Shown here: positions 58,001 to 64,000 of the stretch, in pieces
How positions within the stretch are numbered: position 1 is the stretch's first letter
Layout: each line of letters starts with the position of its first letter
Assembly (NCBI GenBank): GCA_964591445.1
Contig: CAZQAW010000001.1
Coordinates: 14,625-78,624, forward strand
DNA from: an uncultured Candidatus Saccharibacteria bacterium
GTDB taxonomy: Bacteria; Patescibacteriota; Minisyncoccia; Phycocordibacterales; UBA9973
Length of the DNA: 64,000 nucleotides
Reading direction: 5' to 3'
The notes under the pieces: model-generated
What the model saw: the letters and a program-made list of their open reading frames with translations, nothing else
Database searches by the model: none
What the model was told of the DNA's origin: nothing
Program-made: the position numbers and the translations under genes

Positions 58001-58221
58001 CACTTTGGCTCGCCAAGAGAAAAACCGGAAAATTCAAGCTGGAATTTCTTTGAGGAATAGTCGTTGATCGGAGAAAACTCTTTAAAAACTTCTTTCAAGC
58101 CATGCTCGATGAGCCACTTGAAAGACGCCACCTGTGTTTCAAGGAGGCTCGGGAATTCGACCAATGGTTGCTTGTACTTTGAAAAGTACTTCTTCTCATG
58201 CTTCGTTTTTGCTGGGGTCAT
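55042..58221 (-). CDS. rpoB: DNA-directed RNA polymerase subunit beta.
   Basis: [24 protein letters not shown] and the Rif-cluster-like region [29 protein letters not shown]. Confidence 0.97.
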   Translation of the reverse strand: [1059 protein letters not shown]

Positions 58222-58407
58222 ACAAAAAAAACAAAAGACAAGGTAGAGAAATCTACCTTATAATTAAAGGCTATTAAAGTGAACCGTTATTCAATTTTCG
58301 CACGCGAACGTAAAGCTATTACGCTACTAAAGGGTCAGATTGATAAGCCATTACTCAATCTTCAATCGTGATTACAATCCTAGCAGAAATGTATTTTAAT
58401 GTCAAAT

Positions 58408-58438
58408 AAAAACGCCCTGTCTTTATGACAGGGCGTAG
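58408..58438 (-). terminator. Terminator hairpin acgccctgtc-ataaa-gacagggcgt with a T-run.
   Basis: 10-bp perfect stem, 3' of the 58449-59177 gene. Confidence 0.6.
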
Positions 58439-58448
58439 ATAATAAATT

Positions 58449-59177
58449 TTAGTTTTTCACAATTTGCAGACGTGCTTGTTTAATTTTTTTAAATATAAAG
58501 AATCCCCAAATGATAGAGAGAAGAGTTACTATAAGAAATAATCCCTTTTTATCCAATACAAATAAGCTAAATGCAAAAAGAGCCCAACCAACAAAGAGAG
58601 TACAGAATCCTAAAAGATAACCCACTCCCCTTGCGAAGCTGCCAGAACATAGCCAGTAGAGTCCCAACCAAATGATAAATACCATATAGTAAACAAACTG
58701 AAAACCTGTATTAGGTAAAGGATCAATAACAACTTTTGGCTTAGCAATAAAACCTGTAAAATCTTTTTCAGAAGTGTAGCTAAAAAATAGCTTAGATCCT
58801 CTCTTGTATGTTTGAAATCCATATAACGGAAAGACGTTGGGCTTAGCAGTATAAACCTCATCAAATTCTATCCACCCAAGTTCTATTTCTTTATTTGGAT
58901 TTGAAAGCATCCAAATTATTTCCTCATAACTGGCATTGTGGATGACAGTATCCGGAAGGTTAATATCATTCTCTAAAACTTCCCTGGTGTGTCTAACATT
59001 GCTATCCACTTCTACGCTATCAATTTTCCACATTTGCAAATATATGGACCCGTATGAGTCGTGAACTTCATATCTTACATTGTTAGTTGGGTCGAGTTTT
59101 ACATACAAGAGCGTATCCGCTTTATCGGCCAGAACCATACAAGGCACTGCCAGCAAGAGTACCAGTAGTTTTTTCAT
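58449..59177 (-). CDS. Hypothetical secreted/membrane protein (AT-rich).
   Basis: Signal peptide MKKLLVLLLAVPCMVLA, four C-terminal TM helices. Confidence 0.5.
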   Translation of the reverse strand: MKKLLVLLLAVPCMVLADKADTLLYVKLDPTNNVRYEVHDSYGSIYLQMWKIDSVEVDSNVRHTREVLENDINLPDTVIHNASYEEIIWMLSNPNKEIELGWIEFDEVYTAKPNVFPLYGFQTYKRGSKLFFSYTSEKDFTGFIAKPKVVIDPLPNTGFQFVYYMVFIIWLGLYWLCSGSFARGVGYLLGFCTLFVGWALFAFSLFVLDKKGLFLIVTLLSIIWGFFIFKKIKQARLQIVKN

Positions 59178-59236
59178 TGTTTAATTTTTTAGTGGGTTTG
59201 GTTTTACATTATCATGTTTTTTAGATTTGTCAAACT

Positions 59237-59265
59237 AAAAAGCAGCGCTTACCGCGCTGCTTTTT
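59237..59265. terminator. Bidirectional terminator hairpin agcagcgc-ttacc-gcgctgct flanked by A and T runs.
   Basis: Perfect 8-bp GC-rich stem, 3' of the DUF559 gene. Confidence 0.55.
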
Positions 59266-59274
59266 CTGGGTTTT

Positions 59275-59296
59275 CCCCTCCTTGGGTAAGGAGGGG
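59275..59296. repeat. 22-nt CT-rich hairpin palindrome cccctcctt-gggt-aaggagggg (left flank of the DUF559 gene).
   Basis: Exact reverse complement of the 59711-59732 copy. Confidence 0.7.
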
Positions 59297-59306
59297 TCGA
59301 CGCGCT

Positions 59307-59693
59307 TCAGGCGCGCGGGGGTGGTAATTTCTGTAGTTCAACCTTTATCCGATCAACTACTGAGGAAAGTTGAGTGAGAATTTCTTTATTACTAAAACGC
59401 ACAACTCTTTTTCCTAAAGATTCAAAATAGACAGTTCGCTTAGTGTCATATTCTTCTGCATCTTTTTCATAATGCTGAGAACCATCAATTTCTATAATGA
59501 GAAATTTTTTAGGACAATAAAAATCTGCAATGTATCCTCCAATACTATGCTGCCTACGAAATTTTACCCCGAGTTTATTATTTTGCAATTGCAACCAAAG
59601 AACCGCTTCTTCATGCGTTCCATGATTTCTGAGTTCTCTTCTTCTATCAACAAATTGAGGAGTGTTGTGAATAATTGGCATACAAGTTACCAA
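59307..59693 (-). CDS. DUF559-family protein (Vsr-like/PD-(D/E)xK endonuclease fold).
   Basis: ...EEAVLWLQLQNNKLGVKFRRQHSIGGYIADFYCPKKFLIIEIDGSQH...KRTVYFESLGKRVVRFSNKEI matches the DUF559 pattern. The start is TTG at 59693, or an internal ATG at 59681. Confidence 0.7.
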   Translation of the reverse strand: MVTCMPIIHNTPQFVDRRRELRNHGTHEEAVLWLQLQNNKLGVKFRRQHSIGGYIADFYCPKKFLIIEIDGSQHYEKDAEEYDTKRTVYFESLGKRVVRFSNKEILTQLSSVVDRIKVELQKLPPPRA

Positions 59694-59710
59694 CCCCAGC
59701 GCAAGCGCTG

Positions 59711-59732
59711 CCCCTCCTTACCCAAGGAGGGG
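59711..59732. repeat. 22-nt CT-rich hairpin palindrome cccctcctt-accc-aaggagggg (right flank of the DUF559 gene).
   Basis: Reverse complement of 59275-59296. Preceded by the GC palindrome cagcgcaagcgctg at 59697-59710. Confidence 0.7.
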
Positions 59733-59741
59733 AAAATTTTT

Positions 59742-61937
59742 TTACTGCACCACAGTAATAGGCACGGAAACGACAGAAGTTTTGTTACTTGCCATGTTTT
59801 TGGCTGTGAGGTTGATGTTGTATGTTCCTGGCGCGATGCTTCCAGATGCAGTTATAGTTGGAAGTTGCGCTGTGCCAAAATTTTCTGCCGCGATGCTACT
59901 CATCGTATACGTAAGCGGGCTTGCAGTCATACCAGACGGAAGTGTCATTGTTACAAGCATGTTCGCAGGCGCGCAGCCGGTGTAGTCGTCATTCCACACT
60001 GTTGGGAAAATCGCAAAACTTGAACCCGGGCCGATGGTGAGTCCATATGAATCTGCATACAAGAATTTTGGATTCTTGCGCACGCAACTTACCGGCGAAA
60101 TACTGACGTTGAATTTGATTGCGCTTGCGGTTTTGGAAGTAATTGGTCCAATAGTAATGCCTGTACGTGGATCAGAAAATGTCCCGGTTGTGCTGTTGAA
60201 AGACGCAGCTTTAATATCATCCGTCCATAAAGAAGACGTTGCGCGAGCATCAAGCATGCGCGCTTGGTTGTAAGGAAGTTGCATGCTGTCGCTGTACGCG
60301 CGAGTAATTATCAAACCATTTTTATTCGAAGAAATAGTACTGTTTGAAAGCATGCTGTCAAACCCTGTCGACTGTCGCCATTCGACATAATACGGAGCTG
60401 TGCCGTTTGCAAGTTGGATCTTCACCGCTTTTTTGCCAGTTGTATTTTCGTACGGAGCAAGGGTGTAATTTCCGCTAGCAGTTGCGGTAATCATATTCGT
60501 ACCATCAAGCCACCCCATCATTTCTTTATAAAACGCATTCGTATGAAAACCGTATCCGCGCTGGTCTCCCATGATGTCAAAAGGATTTCCGTATTCTTTG
60601 TGCGTACAAGTTGCGCTCTGCCCCATGCTTGCCGTGTCGAGCGTTGTCGAGCCACAGTCGTATCCATTTGCATGCCACCATCCTAGTCCATGTCCAACTT
60701 CATGCGTTACCATCGAGTCCAAGTTTGTCCAAGAAAATGTTGGGGGAGTGGAAGTAGACCACATCGAATTCTGCAAGAAGTTTGCACCAGAGCCATTTAC
60801 CCACGAAACGGAAAGAGTGTAGACTTGGTTGTTGATGAAAATAGGTGAAGCGCCAACAAATGCCGAACCTTTTGCGTATCCACCCGAGCAGTTCGTAATA
60901 ATGAGCACATGCTGATAGTTTGCAAGATTGATCGATTGCGAAGTGATATAAGAATCAAGATCACCTCCCCAACCAAGACTTGGGTTTTCGCAAGAACCTG
61001 TGGTACGTGGAATCATGTACCACCCATATACATCACCGCTAAAAGAAATACCACCGTAGGATTGTTCGTTGTAGAAGTTTTTGAATTGTCCAGAGAAAAT
61101 TTTGCTTTGCGCAACAGCGGTTGTAAACGGCGTAGTTGTTGCATCAGAATAATGTGCCAAGATGACGAGCATTTTGTGCGGCACGGCAACACGAGTACCA
61201 TCTTCCCCAACTTGTGCAGACATGCGCGCCGGGGTGTTTCCTTGTCGAGTAATGTCTCCTATCAAGTTGTCATCGAGCTGCAAGCCTTTGACCGTTACTT
61301 CGGTACCAGGCGCGACAGAGATCGGTTGCGTCGGATAAAACTTGTAACGCTTGTTGCCATTTACTATTTGATATTGAAAATCAGCTTCATGTTCCTTTAA
61401 ATTCATGAAATCTTCTTGGTGAAACACAACGAGCGTTCCGGTTACCGTTTTTGGTTCTTCGTAGAGGCCTTGTGCTGCGTCTGGCAAAAGTGAACGTGTA
61501 AGAAGCGGAAGCGCATATGCGCCGACCATTTTTGGATTTTCTTTGAGCATTGCAAGCAAGACTTTTTTGCGTTCAGCCAAAACGTTGAAAATATTTTTCT
61601 CGGCTTGCTGCTTGAATTCTTTTTTCGCAAAGACGGATTTGGAATTGTAGTTGATGCCATTTTTCAGAAGCTCGTGGTTCATCTCGTGCACGTATTTTGG
61701 AGCTTCAGTTGCGCGGTTCTCGCTTGCAAGTACGGCTTGAGTTGCAGCTGCAGAGATCTGTGAACTGTCTACCGTTTTGTCGACTTTTGCAAATGCAGCT
61801 TTGAGAGTTGTGATAAACTTTTGGAAACCGCTTTGTTCAACCTGTGCAGTTTCTTGTGCAAATGCTTGATAATCGAACACGCCAAACGCTGCCACAAACG
61901 CGATGGCAAGCACAAAAAGAGGTACGTATTTTTTCAT
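59742..61937 (-). CDS. Secreted metzincin-type zinc metalloprotease with a C-terminal beta-rich region.
   Basis: Signal peptide MKKYVPLFVLAIAFVAAFGVF. HEVGHGLGWWH gives an exact HExxHxxGxxH metzincin motif. 731 aa. Confidence 0.7.
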   Translation of the reverse strand: MKKYVPLFVLAIAFVAAFGVFDYQAFAQETAQVEQSGFQKFITTLKAAFAKVDKTVDSSQISAAATQAVLASENRATEAPKYVHEMNHELLKNGINYNSKSVFAKKEFKQQAEKNIFNVLAERKKVLLAMLKENPKMVGAYALPLLTRSLLPDAAQGLYEEPKTVTGTLVVFHQEDFMNLKEHEADFQYQIVNGNKRYKFYPTQPISVAPGTEVTVKGLQLDDNLIGDITRQGNTPARMSAQVGEDGTRVAVPHKMLVILAHYSDATTTPFTTAVAQSKIFSGQFKNFYNEQSYGGISFSGDVYGWYMIPRTTGSCENPSLGWGGDLDSYITSQSINLANYQHVLIITNCSGGYAKGSAFVGASPIFINNQVYTLSVSWVNGSGANFLQNSMWSTSTPPTFSWTNLDSMVTHEVGHGLGWWHANGYDCGSTTLDTASMGQSATCTHKEYGNPFDIMGDQRGYGFHTNAFYKEMMGWLDGTNMITATASGNYTLAPYENTTGKKAVKIQLANGTAPYYVEWRQSTGFDSMLSNSTISSNKNGLIITRAYSDSMQLPYNQARMLDARATSSLWTDDIKAASFNSTTGTFSDPRTGITIGPITSKTASAIKFNVSISPVSCVRKNPKFLYADSYGLTIGPGSSFAIFPTVWNDDYTGCAPANMLVTMTLPSGMTASPLTYTMSSIAAENFGTAQLPTITASGSIAPGTYNINLTAKNMASNKTSVVSVPITVVQ

Positions 61938-61979
61938 ACATATAGTATATCGCTTTTTTGAACAGCAAGCTGTGGAATA

Positions 61980-62711
61980 TTATTTTTGCTTTTTCTTCCA
62001 GTCTTCGATATTTTTTGCATGACCGGAGAGCAACACTTTTGGCACGCGATATTTTTTTCCTTTGTATTCCAAAATTTCCGGTCGAGTATAAAAAGTCGCC
62101 GCAGAAACGCGCTCTTCTTCGAGTGATTCAAATTTACCAAGTACACCTTCCACTTGCCGAGACATGCAGTCGACAAGCACCATTGCCGGCAATTCACCTC
62201 CGGTCAAAACGTAGTCGCCAATCGAAATGTCTTCCACCCCGCCATAGCGGGGCAAACTCTTCAAAATCTTTTTTACGCGAGCATCAATGCCTTCGTATCT
62301 TCCAGAAATAAGAATAATATCCGTGTATTTTTTCACAGCATTTTTTGCATAGTCAGTCGTAAACTTTTTACCGCCTGGGGCGAAGTTTATAATTTTCACC
62401 CGTGCCCCGCGTAGCTTGAGCGAAGTGGGGTTTTTGGCTTTTTTAAAAATGTGACTAAGCGCTTTCTCCACCGCCTTCAACACCGGCTCAGCGCGGATGA
62501 TCATCCCGGGCCCGCCGCCATACGGCCTGTCGTCCACGATTTGCGAAACATTTCCGTCCGGCCAGACTTTTTTATATTTGCCGGTAACAAACAAACGCGG
62601 ATTGTAAAACTTTACCGAAATCTTCTTCTCCTTTATCCCCCGCGCCAAAATAGACTCATTCAAATATGAGGTAAACATCTCAGGGAATAAGGTTATAACG
62701 TGGAAATTCAT
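61980..62711 (-). CDS. trmD: tRNA (guanine37-N1)-methyltransferase.
   Basis: MNFHVITLFPEMF..., DDRPYGGGPGMII and ...LISGRYEGIDARV, the SPOUT TrmD motifs. Confidence 0.95.
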   Translation of the reverse strand: MNFHVITLFPEMFTSYLNESILARGIKEKKISVKFYNPRLFVTGKYKKVWPDGNVSQIVDDRPYGGGPGMIIRAEPVLKAVEKALSHIFKKAKNPTSLKLRGARVKIINFAPGGKKFTTDYAKNAVKKYTDIILISGRYEGIDARVKKILKSLPRYGGVEDISIGDYVLTGGELPAMVLVDCMSRQVEGVLGKFESLEEERVSAATFYTRPEILEYKGKKYRVPKVLLSGHAKNIEDWKKKQK

Positions 62712-62803
62712 ATGTATTAGTACATTAGCGTTTTAGGCTTCATTTTGCAAATAAAAAAACCTCATTAAACACTTTAATGAGGTTGTTAATGAGGAGTTTA
62801 CAA

Positions 62804-63394
62804 TTAATATTCAGTGTGTTCTTTTAATATACATAGTTTTGGCAAAACTCTTTTTTGCTCACCATTCTTATAAGAAAGCACTATGTAGCTATCGCTGGGT
62901 TGTGAAAAATCAAATTGTGTTTTTTGATGTGACTTGATATATACATATACCTTTGCATCAGATATAAACCATTGATCAATCATCACGGAAGCATTTTCGG
63001 ATTTTACAGATCCGATATTAGGCAAAGCTTCGTCCATGAAAGATAGAACATACAGATAGTTGTATGATTTATCATTTCTCATAAAGAAATCTAGCTCACG
63101 CCTATCATGCAACTCATTTTCAAAACCCCACAAATTAAAAGCTAAGCCATTCTTGAATCTTACCAAAATCTGATAACCAGGATTACCTGGCATCATCACT
63201 TCAACCATTTCGTTAGACGAGCCATCACGCCATTCCATTGCATCCCCGTTGTTATCAGTTATAGAACTAATATCATCGGGGGTTAAACTGGCATTTAATT
63301 CATTGGGTCGGAGTGAATACTCCTTAAAGTCTTGCGCATGTCCCAGACATGAGAAGAACAGGGTTACGTTCAATAAAACAATAGTTTTTTTCAT
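62804..63394 (-). CDS. Hypothetical secreted protein (AT-rich).
   Basis: Signal peptide MKKTIVLLNVTLFFSCLGHAQ. 196 aa. Confidence 0.45.
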   Translation of the reverse strand: MKKTIVLLNVTLFFSCLGHAQDFKEYSLRPNELNASLTPDDISSITDNNGDAMEWRDGSSNEMVEVMMPGNPGYQILVRFKNGLAFNLWGFENELHDRRELDFFMRNDKSYNYLYVLSFMDEALPNIGSVKSENASVMIDQWFISDAKVYVYIKSHQKTQFDFSQPSDSYIVLSYKNGEQKRVLPKLCILKEHTEY

Positions 63395-63535
63395 TTTTAC
63401 TTTTTTTAAATTTGCTTGAATTATATACTATTTAATACATTTTGTCAACCAAACAAAAAAACCGCTGATAGGGGCGGTTTTTTTGTTTGGGAATTTTGCT
63501 TTCACTTCCCTATTTTCAATTCTTTTGAATTCAGT

Positions 63536-63856
63536 TTAAATTCCTTTCAAATCTTCCATGGCTTGGTCCACAGTAGCGTGGGTCATGCCTGAAGATGATG
63601 GGCCCTTTCCGCCTTCCGGTTCATTGATCTTCAAATTCACGCGAGCATTGTTCTTCATGCCGATGACTCGAAGAAGTGTGCGGATAGCTTTTGCAGTGTT
63701 GCCTTGTCGTCCGATGATCTTGCCCATGTCAGCTGGATTTGTGGTGAGTGTTATGAGCACGCCCATTTCGTCCACCGTACGGTCAATTTTGACATCATTC
63801 GGATTGTCAACAAGAGCTTTCACTACGTATTCAAGAAACTCTTTGTCGTTTTCCAT
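63536..63856 (-). CDS. KH-domain RNA-binding protein (KhpA/YlqC-like).
   Basis: GKIIGRQGNTAKAIRTLL is a KH GxxG loop. Classic position near trmD. Confidence 0.75.
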   Translation of the reverse strand: MENDKEFLEYVVKALVDNPNDVKIDRTVDEMGVLITLTTNPADMGKIIGRQGNTAKAIRTLLRVIGMKNNARVNLKINEPEGGKGPSSSGMTHATVDQAMEDLKGI

Positions 63857-63946
63857 ACTAAGTCGTCCTTCCTATCTTGTAATTCTTGCAGCAAGTCGAC
63901 CTCAACTTTCTGCCGTACTATAGAGTATACAATATATAAGTTCAAA

Positions 63947-63967
63947 ACAAAAATCCCCTTTCGGGGA
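63947..63967 (-). terminator. Terminator hairpin atcccc-tttc-ggggat with a T-run on the minus strand.
   Basis: Hairpin followed on the minus strand by tttttgtttt. It presumably terminates a minus-strand gene beyond the window end. Confidence 0.4.
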
Positions 63968-64000
63968 TTTCTTATGCAGCTTGTTTCAATTCTTTGCGTT

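Noticed and set aside
59300-59316. GC palindrome cgcgcttcaggcgcg just inside the left CT-hairpin of the DUF559 cassette.
   Set aside because: Too short to interpret on its own. Folded into the DUF559-flank finding rather than reported separately.
1-64000. Searched for a CRISPR array, rRNA genes, an integrase or transposase, and a reverse transcriptase.
   Set aside because: No regularly spaced direct repeats, no rRNA-like conserved stretches, and no recombinase, transposase or RT motifs in any long ORF. The only repeat families are the 36-nt in-frame palindrome, the CT-rich 22-nt palindromes, the 21-nt coding tandem repeat and the terminator hairpins.

Overview
This 64 kb window reads as a compact, low-GC bacterial chromosome segment. 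Gene content suggests a Patescibacteria/CPR-like organism, but that is my inference. Supporting observations are tightly overlapping operons, a ProRS lacking the INS domain, a lamin-tail-domain protein, a VirD4-like ATPase and many AT-rich ORFan membrane proteins. Most of the window is housekeeping genes, almost all on the minus strand: lepA, murJ, leuS, tsaC, ychF, ndh, ddl, uvrC-uvrA-uvrB, tgt-mreC-mreB-proS, rpsB-tsf (plus strand), rpoD-dnaG-rpoC-rpoB and trmD. There are three tRNAs (Arg-CCT, Ala-TGC, Thr-TGT) and no rRNA or CRISPR array. Core genes run at roughly 50-55% GC and are interrupted by short islets at roughly 25-30% GC that carry hypothetical secreted or membrane proteins. The most notable findings are listed below.
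- A ~36-42 nt palindromic element (core ccctctcctggctaggagagggctggggtgaggttg) is inserted in-frame, in the same orientation, into three essential genes (leuS, uvrA, uvrB). In each it adds the peptide [11 protein letters not shown](E/G), so it looks like a miniature Rickettsia-palindromic-element-like intragenic mobile element.
- LeuRS also carries a ~150-200 aa insertion between the CP1 editing domain and the second half of the catalytic core. The insertion contains a perfect Nudix box (GGVDDGESVEKGVLREVAEESGL), which implies an aaRS-Nudix hydrolase fusion.
- A Doc-family toxin (HPFVDGNKR motif) has an overlapping upstream small ORF and sits between ftsB-like and lepA.
- A DUF559 (Vsr-like endonuclease fold) gene is bracketed by 22-bp CT-rich hairpin palindromes that are exact reverse complements of each other.
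- A VirD4/TraG-like coupling ATPase lies next to a lamin-tail-domain surface protein.
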